IMG/VR virus record: IMGVR_UViG_3300050190_000082
Coordinates: 1-64,000 of that record
Length of the DNA stretch: 64,000 bases
Direction: 5' to 3' (one strand)
DNA from: a virus
The stretch's first letter is position 1. Every line of letters begins with the position of its first letter. The notes under the pieces were generated by a model. It was not told the DNA's origin and ran no database searches. It saw only the letters and a program-made list of their open reading frames with translations. The position numbers were made by a program, and so were the translations under genes. Below, piece after piece: positions 28,561 to 38,919 of the stretch.

Positions 28561-29862
28561 TTGGAATTAATTTATAAAACTGAAAAAGGGAAACTAATTC
28601 ATGGGGATAATATTGAAGTCATGAATAAACTCAAAGATAATTCAGTACATAGTTGCATATCAGATTTTCCTTATGACTTATCTTTCATGGGTAAGAAGTG
28701 GGACACGACAGGTAATTTTTACGAATGGTGCAAAGAAAGGGCAGTCCCATTGTTTAGAATCATTAAGCCGGGTGGATATGTTTGTATCTTTGGTCATCCA
28801 AAAACAAATCATAGAATGAAGTCAGCTTTTGAAGATGCAGGGTTTAATATCGTAGAAGAAATTGATTGGGTTTATGGAACTGGATTCCCTAAGAATCAGG
28901 ATATAGGTAAATTATTTGATAAGAATGCAGGTGTTGATCGAAAAGTTGTTGGAATTGATGAAACAAAATTAAGACCAAACAGAAAATCAGAAATTGAAGG
29001 AGCAGATAGAGTTTTAGCAGGAGGTTTTAAATCAGATAATGGAGCTTCAATAACTGAACCATCAACAGAACAAGCAAAAGCGTGGAATGGATGGAAAACA
29101 GCAGGATTAAAACCAGCACATGAACCTATCGCAGTATTCCAAAAGCCACTTGAAGGAACATACATAAATAATATTAGTACATATGGCGTAGGTGGTATGA
29201 ATATTGATGCTTGTAGAGTTCCAACTTCACAAGCAGACAAGGATACAATAAATGCTAAATCTTCAAAAAAACCTACAACAAACTACTCAGATAAAGATGA
29301 TAAAATTTATGGTGCTTACGCAGAAGATAAATCAATGCCAGCAAATGAAATAGGCAGATTCCCTTCTAATATGATTTTTGATTCATCTATGGGAGAGGTG
29401 TTAGATAATCAGAGTGGGGAAAGAGCATGTGGTAGCGGAAATGGTAATGCAAAAGTAGGAGAAAGTTCAAATGGTGTAATTGCACCTTTGAGAAGAGGAA
29501 CACTAACTCCAAGGAATGATACAGGAGGTGCAAGTAGATTCTTTTTAAATATAAATGCAGATGATTTTGTCCCATTCTTGTATTGTGCAAAACCAACTAA
29601 AAAAGAAAAAGGAGAAGGTAATACTCATGTAACAGTTAAACCTAAATCATTAATTAAATGGCTTATAAAATTAGTTACCCCTATTGGTGGCAGAACAATT
29701 GATATTACAGCAGGAAGTGGAACTCATGGTGTTGCTTGCGAGGAATTAAATAGGGATGAAGATTATAATCTAAAATGGGTTGATTTAGAAATGACGAACA
29801 CAGAAAAAGATCCTTATTGTAATATTGCAATGAATAGAATTAAAGAAGCAATTAATACATAA
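28561..29862 (+). CDS. N4C/N6A DNA methyltransferase (beta class), orphan
   Basis: Motif IV SDFPY, W.YGTGFPK, LKPAHEPI, H.TVKP, motif I DITAGSGT. Confidence 0.9.
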   Translation: MELIYKTEKGKLIHGDNIEVMNKLKDNSVHSCISDFPYDLSFMGKKWDTTGNFYEWCKERAVPLFRIIKPGGYVCIFGHPKTNHRMKSAFEDAGFNIVEEIDWVYGTGFPKNQDIGKLFDKNAGVDRKVVGIDETKLRPNRKSEIEGADRVLAGGFKSDNGASITEPSTEQAKAWNGWKTAGLKPAHEPIAVFQKPLEGTYINNISTYGVGGMNIDACRVPTSQADKDTINAKSSKKPTTNYSDKDDKIYGAYAEDKSMPANEIGRFPSNMIFDSSMGEVLDNQSGERACGSGNGNAKVGESSNGVIAPLRRGTLTPRNDTGGASRFFLNINADDFVPFLYCAKPTKKEKGEGNTHVTVKPKSLIKWLIKLVTPIGGRTIDITAGSGTHGVACEELNRDEDYNLKWVDLEMTNTEKDPYCNIAMNRIKEAINT

Positions 29863-29890
29863 ATTACAAGTTATTCATAAAATCTACCTT

Positions 29891-29960
29891 CCAAATGCTC
29901 CCGAATACTCCTATATGCTCCGTTTTCCTAGCTCATAAAACCGTTCAAATGATTATTTTA
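29891..29960 (+). repeat. Three phased 10-bp direct repeats plus dyad site, copy 1
   Basis: ccaaatgctc-ccgaatactc-ctatatgctc, then 24 bp, then site 29945; homologous to 31909-31978. Confidence 0.65.
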
Positions 29961-29977
29961 TTCTATTAGAAAGGAGA

Positions 29978-30175
29978 GTGATGAAAATGAAAGTAATGTA
30001 CAATGGCAAACTTGTTAATGCAAAAAGATTCAAAGATTTAACTGAAGACCAAGTTAGGTATTCCACTGCAAATTATGATGCTTGGGAGGGAGAAGAAATA
30101 TTTGTAGAACCATCCGAAGGATTAACTGAATGGATTTATATGTATGACCATGAAGTAGAAATAATTTCAGAATAA
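29978..30175 (+). CDS. Hypothetical protein
   Basis: SD AAAGGAG. Confidence 0.55.
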   Translation: MMKMKVMYNGKLVNAKRFKDLTEDQVRYSTANYDAWEGEEIFVEPSEGLTEWIYMYDHEVEIISE

Positions 30176-30200
30176 ATTTAAGATAAGTAAGGAGTAAATT

Positions 30201-30968
30201 TTGACAAGGGAAGAAAGAAAACAATATAATTATAATCTAACTCACAAGATTATTGATGGAATATTACATAAGAAATGCAACCATCATTTTGAACATTTCC
30301 CTGAAGAGGATGATTGGTTCCCATGTACAGATAAGTATTTCTACAATAATACTACTAAAAGCATTAATACAGATGGTTTACATCCAGAATGTAGACTTTG
30401 TACAATAAAGAAGAGTGAGAAATGGAAAAGAGAACAGAGCGATGATTACAATAAGGAAAAGAAAAGGAAACTCAGAGCATTAGGCAAAGAGAATATCCGT
30501 ACTAATAAAAATGGGATTAAAGAGTCGGAGAAGGCAATTCGTGAGGTAAGACAAAAGAATGGTAAACAATTAGCATGGCAAAGAGCAAATGCTGATAAAT
30601 TCAAAGGATATCGAGAGAAGAGAGAGTTAACCAAAAAGCATGTTATCTCTACAAGGGAGTGGTTAAATTGCAAAAGTTATTTTAATAATTGCTGTGCTTA
30701 TTGCGGATTAAAATTAGAAGATCACTTCATAACTAGATTAGGTATTGTAAAGAATAGTGATTTTCACAAAGACCATGTAGATGATAAAGGAGCAAACGAC
30801 TTGAGTAATTGTTTACCTGCATGTAGGTCTTGCAACAGTTCTAAACACACTTCTAGTCTTGATGAATGGTACAATGAAAATAACTCAGCATATACAGAAT
30901 TAAGATATAATAAATTACATAAATGGTTAAGCGAAGATTATCGAGAGTTTATAAAAAGGGTGCTTTAA
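30201..30968 (+). CDS. HNH endonuclease
   Basis: CAYCG...DHVDD.G.NDL.N..PACRSCNSSK; paralog of 15888. Confidence 0.85.
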   Translation: MTREERKQYNYNLTHKIIDGILHKKCNHHFEHFPEEDDWFPCTDKYFYNNTTKSINTDGLHPECRLCTIKKSEKWKREQSDDYNKEKKRKLRALGKENIRTNKNGIKESEKAIREVRQKNGKQLAWQRANADKFKGYREKRELTKKHVISTREWLNCKSYFNNCCAYCGLKLEDHFITRLGIVKNSDFHKDHVDDKGANDLSNCLPACRSCNSSKHTSSLDEWYNENNSAYTELRYNKLHKWLSEDYREFIKRVL

Positions 30969-31012
30969 ATAAGAAGTTTTAATCTATAAATAATAGGAAG
31001 GAGGATAATGAT

Positions 31013-31429
31013 GTGATTAATAAATACTTTAAAAGGATTAATAAAGACGGAAAGGTACGAGGTTATTTGAACATGGAATTTTCCGATATAAAATATTCTG
31101 ATGATTTTATAAATGAAAATAATGATTATGTTGAAATTTGTAATGAAGAATATAACGAGATAAAGAAATTCCATATAAATATAAAACAGTCTAAAAATAA
31201 AGGAGTTAAAAATTTGAATAAAAAATCAATACTCTTAGACAATGGTAAATATGAAGTTATCTTTGATCAAACTGATGATGGTAAGTGTGAATTCCATGCT
31301 CTAAGATATGGTAAAGAATGGAGAAGTCTTACAGGAGATAATTTAGTATTGTGCATGTTCCAGAGGATTCAAAATTTAGAAGAGAGATTAAAAGATAATG
31401 GATTTGGAGTGAAACCAACAAATATATAA
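31013..31429 (+). CDS. Hypothetical protein (possible internal second start)
   Basis: Internal SD AAGGAG plus in-frame TTG near 31214. Confidence 0.55.
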   Translation: MINKYFKRINKDGKVRGYLNMEFSDIKYSDDFINENNDYVEICNEEYNEIKKFHINIKQSKNKGVKNLNKKSILLDNGKYEVIFDQTDDGKCEFHALRYGKEWRSLTGDNLVLCMFQRIQNLEERLKDNGFGVKPTNI

Positions 31430-31469
31430 GTATTAATCATTTAGAAATAAAAGAAAGAAGGAAATAAAA

Positions 31470-31889
31470 ATGCAAGAAAAAGATTTAAATATTACAGAAG
31501 TTAGAGGGGCAAAAGCAAACATATCTGATTTAAAGGTTTTTGGTAATGGAGATACTTTCGCTTTATTATGTAAAGCAAGCTCACAAGATCAAGGTTGGAT
31601 GAAAAGCACAAAGGTATGTAATTTGTTTAATGGTTGTATTGTTCAAGTTAGCACACAGCAAAAGAATCCAGACGGTAGTTATGTTGTTGCGGAGGCTTTA
31701 ACATTTGTCCCTGACGTAAATATGCGTGGAGAAAAAGATAATAGGTATTTTTCTGAAACAGTAGAAAGTCAAAATAGAAGGATTAAGGGGAATGAACAGG
31801 TAGTTACACAGAATATATCTGTAAATCTGGATAATATAAATGTAAATGATTTTATTGAGGAATTAAGTAGTTTGAGTAAAATAAAATGA
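31470..31889 (+). CDS. Conserved phage hypothetical protein
   Basis: GNGDTF.LLCKASS..QGWMKSTK..GC.VQV.TQQ..AEALTFVP motif. Confidence 0.7.
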   Translation: MQEKDLNITEVRGAKANISDLKVFGNGDTFALLCKASSQDQGWMKSTKVCNLFNGCIVQVSTQQKNPDGSYVVAEALTFVPDVNMRGEKDNRYFSETVESQNRRIKGNEQVVTQNISVNLDNINVNDFIEELSSLSKIK

Positions 31890-31908
31890 AATCAGATAAA
31901 ATAACCTC

Positions 31909-31978
31909 TCTCATACTTCCATATGCTCGTTAATGCTTCCATTTACTAACACATAAACCAATTAAAAGTCCATTTTTA
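31909..31978 (+). repeat. Three phased 10-bp direct repeats plus dyad site, copy 2
   Basis: tctcatactt-ccatatgctc-gttaatgctt, then 24 bp, then site 31963. Confidence 0.65.
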
Positions 31979-32184
31979 ATTGAATTAGAAAGGAAGAATA
32001 TATATGCAAAAAGTAAGATTTTTACAAGACTTTGGTGCATTTGCGAAGGATTCATTTCGAGTAATTCTAGGAGAAGACGAATTATTTTATCAAGTGCAAA
32101 CCGATTTACATAGCTGTCTATCGACATTATTTCATAAAAGCAACAATGGTGTGATATTTCAGGTGGTAGAAAGGAGTTAACTAT

Positions 32185-32373
32185 ATGAATGCTAAAGACT
32201 TAAAAATTGGTGACATTATAGATGCTTATATAGAAGACGAAAAGACACAGAGAGTTATGATAATTGAAGTTGGGGAAGAATTAGTCTATGGGATTAGTAG
32301 TGATAATGAGGAATTTGCTATTGAGCCACGAAGTGAAGTTGAGAGAGTTATAGTTAATATTAATGATCTTTAA
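32185..32373 (+). CDS. Hypothetical protein
   Basis: SD AAAGGAG. Confidence 0.55.
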   Translation: MNAKDLKIGDIIDAYIEDEKTQRVMIIEVGEELVYGISSDNEEFAIEPRSEVERVIVNINDL

Positions 32374-32400
32374 CTAATGTTTGGATGATATATAATATAT

Positions 32401-32429
32401 TTGACTTATGTATAAACAAGTAGTATAAT
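32401..32429 (+). promoter_or_regulatory. sigmaA promoter of the replication operon
   Basis: TTGACT-17bp-TATAAT; GATATATAATAT immediately upstream. Confidence 0.8.
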
Positions 32430-32593
32430 GGGCATATGGAGTTAGGAAATAAATATTTAAAGAAAGGAAGTTTTGGTATTAAGAATACAGGAAACTGTTG
32501 GAGACCAGTCAAGTTGAATAAATCACCCCCTCAATATTTTTAGCCTACACTAATTATAAATAATAAAAATATTGAAAGAAGGAATTAATACAT

Positions 32594-33781
32594 ATGAGCA
32601 AGAAAGAAGATAAAAAACCACTAAAAAAGGGTCAATCATTATTTCAACTAATCGGAGAAGCTAAGATTACAGATTTCACATTCAAGATGGATGAGAGTTC
32701 TAAGAAGTCAGATTGGATTTACAATGTACTAAATCTTGGTGTTGATTGTGGAGCAGGGAATGTAGTTTACGCAGACTTAATGGGTGGATTTGGATCTGAG
32801 AGAGATAACATCCTTTATGTACATGGAAAGAAAGAAAATGATAAGGGTAAACATGTTGATGACTATGATAATAGATACACAATTGCATGGGAAGATCGGT
32901 TTGATGAAGAGATTCTTGAAACTATCGGAAATCAATGTTTCTTAACTATTGGACTTGAGAAAGATGATAAAGGCAAGACATTTGCTAAGAAATTCTTATC
33001 TCCATATGATGCAATTGAATATGTTAAAGAGCATCTTGAAAATGGAATGGTTATCAATGTTAAAGGTGTTTTTAAATACACTACATATAATGACTCTATT
33101 CAAGTCAAAAAAGAAATTAATAGTATCTTCTTATCAAAGGTAGATGATGTTTCTAAGTATAAAGCAACATTTACACAAGCTATTCTTCTTGATAAAGATA
33201 GTGTTGGTAAATTGGATAAGGAGAAAGCAATCTATCCTATTTATGCAAGAGTTGTTGACTACACAAAAGAATATAATGGTAAAGAAGTAAAGCAAAATAT
33301 TACATTCAGTAAAACATTCGAATTAGAAGTAGATAAAGAGAAACCTGAGAATACTAAAAAGTTTATTGATAAGGTGTTAAAGGTTAAAAAAGATATCACA
33401 GAAGTTACTATTGAAGGGGATATTGTTGAGGGTCAATCCTTAGTAAATATTACCGAAGCTGATATTCCAGAAGATATCATGGAACTTATTGAAATGGGAG
33501 CTTATACTATGGAAGAAGCAGTAGACAAACTTGCTGTAGGTGGAAGTAAAGAGAAGAAAATGGTAATTCGTAAACCTGCTATTAAGATGGTCGGAAAGGA
33601 AGATGAAAAGAAACCAGTAATTCTTAAAACAGAAGGCGCATACACAGAGGATGATTTATTCTTTGACTTTATGATTGTTGCTGATGAGGAAGAAGAGGAA
33701 GAAGAAACACCTGAAAATACTGAGGAAGAAACAAAAGATGAAGATGACTTATCATGGATGGACGCACTAGACGAAGAGTAG
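32594..33781 (+). CDS. Putative single-stranded DNA-binding protein
   Basis: Beta-rich, very acidic C-terminal tail ending DDLSWMDALDEE; first gene of the replisome operon. Confidence 0.55.
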   Translation: MSKKEDKKPLKKGQSLFQLIGEAKITDFTFKMDESSKKSDWIYNVLNLGVDCGAGNVVYADLMGGFGSERDNILYVHGKKENDKGKHVDDYDNRYTIAWEDRFDEEILETIGNQCFLTIGLEKDDKGKTFAKKFLSPYDAIEYVKEHLENGMVINVKGVFKYTTYNDSIQVKKEINSIFLSKVDDVSKYKATFTQAILLDKDSVGKLDKEKAIYPIYARVVDYTKEYNGKEVKQNITFSKTFELEVDKEKPENTKKFIDKVLKVKKDITEVTIEGDIVEGQSLVNITEADIPEDIMELIEMGAYTMEEAVDKLAVGGSKEKKMVIRKPAIKMVGKEDEKKPVILKTEGAYTEDDLFFDFMIVADEEEEEEETPENTEEETKDEDDLSWMDALDEE

Positions 33782-33790
33782 GATTTAAAT

Positions 33791-33821
33791 ACTTTGGAGA
33801 GGGATATACCTTCTCCAAAGT
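33791..33821 (+). terminator. Intergenic stem-loop
   Basis: ACTTTGGAGA..TCTCCAAAGT. Confidence 0.55.
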
Positions 33822-33856
33822 GATATATAATATAATAATTGAAAGAAGGAATTTAA

Positions 33857-34993
33857 TTGTCAGGAAGAAAATTCGGTAAGAAAAATGTAATCAAGGTAGA
33901 CCCTTTAGCTTATAATTTAGGACTCATTGGAGAAAGTGGTATTGGTAAAACTACTCTCGCAAAAGAAGTATGTGAAAAACTTGTTGGTGAAAATGGTTAT
34001 ATGATTTTTAATATCGGAAAAGAGGATGGTATTGATGCCATCGCAGGAGCTATTTATGAAGACATTCCAGATTGGGATGCTTTTGAAGAAGTTACAGACG
34101 ATATTTTAGAGAATAAACTTACAGATTATAAGGATTTAAAAGTTATTATCTATGATACATTAGATGAATTATTCGAAATCGCTGAACCTGAAGTAATTCG
34201 TTTACATAATCGTGAAAATCCAGAAAAACCAACTCAATCAATTAAGGCTACTTTTGGTGGATATATGGCAGGAGAAGATAAGGCTGCTGAGATTATCCTA
34301 ACTAGAATGTGGGAACTTAAAAAGATTGGAGTTAGTATGTTTATCATTGGTCACACAAAAAAGAGGACAATGACAGACGTTGCTACAGGACTTGAATATG
34401 ATATGTTGACTACTAATATGTCACATAGGTATTTTAGTGCATTAAAGACAAAATTACATGTACTAGGAGTAGGTTCTATTGATAGGGAAATTACACAAAC
34501 TAAAACAGGAAGAAAAGTAGGTAAGGGCAAAGATAAAAAGGACGAAATCAAAGGGTCTATTGAAAATGAAACAAGGAAGATTACATTCAGAGATGATAAT
34601 TTCAACATAGATTCTAAATCAAGATTTTCTGAAATCGTTGATTCAATTGCTTTTAGTGCAGATGAATTTATCAGGGCAGTAGAAGAAGCTATTAAAATTG
34701 AGCATGATAAACAATCAGGTACTAAATCAATCGAAGATACTAAGGTAGAACAAGCAGAAGAAAAAGAAAAGATTGATGAAAAGAATGCAACTGAGAAGAA
34801 AGAGGAATTTGAATCAAAAGAAGTAGATCAACTTATTGCAATGATTACTAGTTTTGTTAAGGCTAACAAGACTAATCCACAATTATTAAAACCATTGCTC
34901 CTAAAAAGCAAAGAGTTAGGATATGTGAATCCTACAAAAGTAGATAACTTGAAAGATGCAAATATCTTATTCGATTTAATTGACGGTAAATAA
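33857..34993 (+). CDS. AAA_24/Sak4-like ATPase (recombination/annealing)
   Basis: Walker A GESGIGKTT, Walker B IIYDT, IIGH motif. Confidence 0.75.
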   Translation: MSGRKFGKKNVIKVDPLAYNLGLIGESGIGKTTLAKEVCEKLVGENGYMIFNIGKEDGIDAIAGAIYEDIPDWDAFEEVTDDILENKLTDYKDLKVIIYDTLDELFEIAEPEVIRLHNRENPEKPTQSIKATFGGYMAGEDKAAEIILTRMWELKKIGVSMFIIGHTKKRTMTDVATGLEYDMLTTNMSHRYFSALKTKLHVLGVGSIDREITQTKTGRKVGKGKDKKDEIKGSIENETRKITFRDDNFNIDSKSRFSEIVDSIAFSADEFIRAVEEAIKIEHDKQSGTKSIEDTKVEQAEEKEKIDEKNATEKKEEFESKEVDQLIAMITSFVKANKTNPQLLKPLLLKSKELGYVNPTKVDNLKDANILFDLIDGK

Positions 34994-35049
34994 ATTATAG
35001 TTATTAGGGAGGGAGTATATTCCTCCCTAAACTTTACAGAGGTGATAGT

Positions 35050-35502
35050 ATGTCTAAACCAAGGAAAGACCAAGACTGGTGCGACCTTTATGAATATGTA
35101 AAAAAGGAAATTATGGGATATTCTGAAGACTTAAAATTACCTAGCTATATGATATTGAGGTTAAAAGGTCTTAGTGAAGGTAAATTTCTTGCTAATAAAA
35201 AGGTTACACCTATGGCTAGTTATGATTTTACGACAATTTTATACACATTTAAAGCATATAGACAAAACATTATAGGTGGATTTAGAGCAAATAATACGAA
35301 ATTTACAGGAGAACAACACAAATTCAATTATGCTTTAGTTATTATCGAAAGCAATATTAATGATATGGTTATTAGATTGAAAAACGCAAAGTCAGCAAAG
35401 GACAAAGCAAAAAATATAGAGATGGATAATATCTTTCATGAAGGTGCTGAATACAAAACAAAGACTAAAGAAACCAGCAATGCATTAAAGGATCTATGGT
35501 AA
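35050..35502 (+). CDS. Hypothetical replication protein (possible helicase loader)
   Basis: W..LYEYVK.EI.GY..RL.GL..GK motif; position before dnaB. Confidence 0.55.
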   Translation: MSKPRKDQDWCDLYEYVKKEIMGYSEDLKLPSYMILRLKGLSEGKFLANKKVTPMASYDFTTILYTFKAYRQNIIGGFRANNTKFTGEQHKFNYALVIIESNINDMVIRLKNAKSAKDKAKNIEMDNIFHEGAEYKTKTKETSNALKDLW

Positions 35503-35509
35503 AAGGTAG

Positions 35510-37030
35510 GTGACAACTATTACAGAAAGTAAGACGAAGACTACAAAGAAACTTACAGCATTTGAAGAAGAAACGATAAAAACTACTAAAGTGATTATGA
35601 CTTATAAACTAGCATGTGAAGCCAATATTGTTTCAATATGTTGGTCAATGCCAGAAATGTATTATACATATGATAAATTAAACAATAAATTATTTAATAG
35701 TAATTGTTGGAAGGTCTACTTTCAAATAGGTTATGACATCGTAATTAAGGAAAAGAAGCAAGTGCTTGATGATATTACTGTTGGGTTGTATCTTGAAAAG
35801 CATTTAAAACTCAAAGAGCAGTATGAAAAATACAAAGGTTATGAGACAATTGATAACGCAAAAGCATATGTAAAGACGGATAATATGGATGGATATATCA
35901 ATGAACTTTATAAATGGAATGCTGTGTTAGATTTATTGAAGAGAAAGTTTGCAATTTCCGATAGAATTAAAGACTTTGTGGATATGACATCGGAAGAAAT
36001 ATATGATGAATTTGAAGCAGTATTAAATCATGTGTTTGTTAATGTAGAGGGTAATGACTTCACCTATGACATTGCAGATGGTCTAGATGAGTTAATTGAG
36101 GAATTAGATCAAGGAACTGCAATAGGACTTCCATTACATAATGCACCAATTTTAAACAAAGAAATAGGCGGTAATCTTGAAGGGAATATTACTTTAGTTG
36201 GAGGTCTTAGTGGGGCAGGAAAGACAGCTATGAGTAGGACATTAATTATTCCAAGCATTATAGAGCATAAAGAAAAAATCGTAATCATGATAAACGAGGA
36301 AGGCAAAAAGAAATGGCAGAGGGAAATGCTAGTTTACATAGCCAATAATGTTTTTAAAGAAGATTTACAAAAATATGTTGTAAGAGACGGTAAATACAAA
36401 AAGGAAACCAAGGAATTATTACAAAAATGTTCTGAGTGGTTAAGACAATACAAAAATAATATTATTCTAAAACCATTCACTCAATATACTACTGCTAAAG
36501 CAATTAAGACAATTAAAAAATACTCCAGTATGGGTGTTAAATACTTTATTCTTGACACTTATAAAGCAGATGCAAACACTTCAAGTACAGAGGCATTTTG
36601 GTTCAGTATGCAACAGAATATGGTTGAGATAAACGATGTTATCAAAGCAGAAGCAAAAAATGTACATATTTGGATTACATTTCAGTTAAGTAAGGGTAGT
36701 TCTAAGCAGAGATATTATGATCAAGATAATATTGGTATGGCTAAAAATATTGTAGACGTGGCTTCAACTTGTCTTATGATTAGAAAGATATTTGATGATG
36801 AGTTAGAAGGTGGCAAAAGAGAGTTAGACGTTTACAAAAAAGAAAAAAGGCAAGGTAATATAGAATCACAAATACCTGTAAAATTAAAGAAAGGTAAGAA
36901 TTATCAGTTGATATTCATCGTTAAGAATCGTGAAGGTAGTACAAATGATTATCAGATAGTCGTGGAGCACGACCTTTCAAGAAATACATATAAAGAAATC
37001 GGTTATACTGTTGTCCCAGTAGACTTCTAG
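35510..37030 (+). CDS. dnaB: Replicative DnaB-like helicase
   Basis: GGLSGAGKT, INEE, ILDTYK, FQL, KNREG. Confidence 0.85.
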   Translation: MTTITESKTKTTKKLTAFEEETIKTTKVIMTYKLACEANIVSICWSMPEMYYTYDKLNNKLFNSNCWKVYFQIGYDIVIKEKKQVLDDITVGLYLEKHLKLKEQYEKYKGYETIDNAKAYVKTDNMDGYINELYKWNAVLDLLKRKFAISDRIKDFVDMTSEEIYDEFEAVLNHVFVNVEGNDFTYDIADGLDELIEELDQGTAIGLPLHNAPILNKEIGGNLEGNITLVGGLSGAGKTAMSRTLIIPSIIEHKEKIVIMINEEGKKKWQREMLVYIANNVFKEDLQKYVVRDGKYKKETKELLQKCSEWLRQYKNNIILKPFTQYTTAKAIKTIKKYSSMGVKYFILDTYKADANTSSTEAFWFSMQQNMVEINDVIKAEAKNVHIWITFQLSKGSSKQRYYDQDNIGMAKNIVDVASTCLMIRKIFDDELEGGKRELDVYKKEKRQGNIESQIPVKLKKGKNYQLIFIVKNREGSTNDYQIVVEHDLSRNTYKEIGYTVVPVDF

Positions 37031-37051
37031 AGAAAGGAGATTTATAAATAT

Positions 37052-37840
37052 ATGAAAAGAGTAAAAGATTTGACTGGTAATGTCTATGGGAAACTAACCG
37101 TAATTAAATTATCTCATATCAATAAAAAATATGAAAAATGTTGGACTGTTCAATGTGACTGCGAAGATAAAACAGAGTTTAGTTTAAGAGGAAGTAGTTT
37201 AACAAGTGGAAGAACTAAATCTTGTGGATGTTTAACTAGGAAAGCTACGTCAGAAAGACAATTAAAATTAAATATATATGATCTTACAGGGGAATATGGA
37301 ATTGGATATACCACAAAAGGGGAAGAATTTTACTTCGATTTAGAAGACTATGATAAAATTAAAGAATATTGTTGGTATATTGATAAGACAGGATATGTAA
37401 GAACAAATAGGGTTACTCCTAATTTAAAATTTCATACGCTTATATTAAATGAAAGATTAGTTGATCATATTGATGGGATAACAAATAATAATAGAAAATA
37501 CAATTTGAGATCAGCTAATGAAATGCAAAATGCACAAAATGCTCGATTGCGAACAGATAATACCTCTGGGGTAAAAGGTGTTAAATGGTTTAAACCAACT
37601 TCAATATGGATGGCACAAATTAATTATAATAATACAAGATATCACTTAGGTTATTTTGAATTTATTGAAGATGCAAAAAAAGTTAGGGAAATATCTGAGT
37701 TATATTTATTTGCTGAATATTCAAGGAGGTATAAAGAACTAAATATAATATATAAAGATATTAATCTTGACGATTTTGTAAAAAAATATATTCCTAAGAT
37801 ATATAACTTAAAAAAAGATAAAATTGATGTAGCGTTATGA
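37052..37840 (+). CDS. HNH-AP2 homing endonuclease
   Basis: DLTG..YGKL..CDC..SCGC, VDHIDG..NN...NLR, NTSGVKGV.W..W.AQI AP2 domain. Confidence 0.85.
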   Translation: MKRVKDLTGNVYGKLTVIKLSHINKKYEKCWTVQCDCEDKTEFSLRGSSLTSGRTKSCGCLTRKATSERQLKLNIYDLTGEYGIGYTTKGEEFYFDLEDYDKIKEYCWYIDKTGYVRTNRVTPNLKFHTLILNERLVDHIDGITNNNRKYNLRSANEMQNAQNARLRTDNTSGVKGVKWFKPTSIWMAQINYNNTRYHLGYFEFIEDAKKVREISELYLFAEYSRRYKELNIIYKDINLDDFVKKYIPKIYNLKKDKIDVAL

Positions 37841-38919
37841 CTATTATTGAAATCAAAAATCACATATTAGAAAATGAAAAAATTGAATTTATTCTCAAAG
37901 AGATAAAATGTCATGATATTAAATATCATAAAAAGGGATATTATACTTTCTCAAATTCAGATGGTGACAATAAAAATGCAGTAATTTTATACAATGATGA
38001 GAGTCTTAAATGTATTAATTACACAAGAAATATGAATGATAATAAATGTTCGGATTTGATCACTTTGGTCGGTTTTAATATGAATTTATCCTTTATAGAT
38101 TCTTTAAAATTCTTACATAAAATTTTGAAATTAGATTTCAAATTCCAAACAAAAAATATAGAAATAAATAAAAAAGATCCTTTAGAAATATTTAAGAAAA
38201 TAAAGAGAAAAAGACATACAATAAGTGAAGATATTGAAATATATGACGATAGTATTATTAAGGAATACATACAACTACCTCATATAGATTGGATACGTGA
38301 GGATGGCATTATGCCATTTACTTGCAACAAATTTAAGATAGGTTATAGTGCTGATAGAAAGAGAATAATTATTCCTCATCGGTGGTGGTGTGGTGATGAA
38401 AATGATTTCGTTGGCATTATGGGAAGGACTACAATTAAGGAATGGAAATTGCTTGACATACCTAAATATTTACCACTCAAAGCGTTCCCTAAAAGTATGA
38501 ACATATATGGTCTGCAAGAAAACTATCAGACAATACAAGAAGCAGGATATTGTGTCGTTTACGAAGCTGAAAAATCGACACTCAAGCGTCATAGCAGGAA
38601 TGATGGCACTGGAGTTGCAGTATGTTGTCATGACGTTTCTGATGAGCAAGTAAAGATACTGATTGGGTTAAATGTTGACGTAGTTATTGCTTTTGACAAG
38701 GGTATTTCAATAGAGCATATAAGAAGTACGTGTGATCGTTTTTATGGAGTCAGGACTGTTTATTACATATTTGATAAATATGACATACTTGAGGACAAAA
38801 TGAGTCCTGCGGATGCTACTAACAAAATTTTTAACTATCTGTTAAAATATAAAACACTATATGATGAGAAAGAAAGAAGGAAACATTTAGAATGGCTAGA
38901 AAAACTGGAGAAGAATTAG
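37837..38919 (+). CDS. dnaG: DNA primase (TOPRIM)
   Basis: RIIIPH, GIMGR, YGL, VYEAEKS, IAFDKG. Confidence 0.8.
   Translation: MTIIEIKNHILENEKIEFILKEIKCHDIKYHKKGYYTFSNSDGDNKNAVILYNDESLKCINYTRNMNDNKCSDLITLVGFNMNLSFIDSLKFLHKILKLDFKFQTKNIEINKKDPLEIFKKIKRKRHTISEDIEIYDDSIIKEYIQLPHIDWIREDGIMPFTCNKFKIGYSADRKRIIIPHRWWCGDENDFVGIMGRTTIKEWKLLDIPKYLPLKAFPKSMNIYGLQENYQTIQEAGYCVVYEAEKSTLKRHSRNDGTGVAVCCHDVSDEQVKILIGLNVDVVIAFDKGISIEHIRSTCDRFYGVRTVYYIFDKYDILEDKMSPADATNKIFNYLLKYKTLYDEKERRKHLEWLEKLEKN

Larger units (their letters stand above)
25582..31978. repeat. Dispersed 5-6-5 dyad sites, array 2
   Basis: 25582 TAAAA-gattgc-TTTTA; 25919; 26614 TAAAA-aattgg-TTTCA; 27608 TAAAA-gtttca-TTTTA; 28507 TAAAA-ctattc-TTTTA; 29945 TCAAA-tgatta-TTTTA; 30966 TAAAT-aagaag-TTTTA; 31963 TAAAA-gtccat-TTTTA. 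Confidence 0.75.

Noticed and set aside
31427-31444. Candidate dyad site after ORF 31013
   Set aside because: No left arm at 6-bp spacing; not counted.
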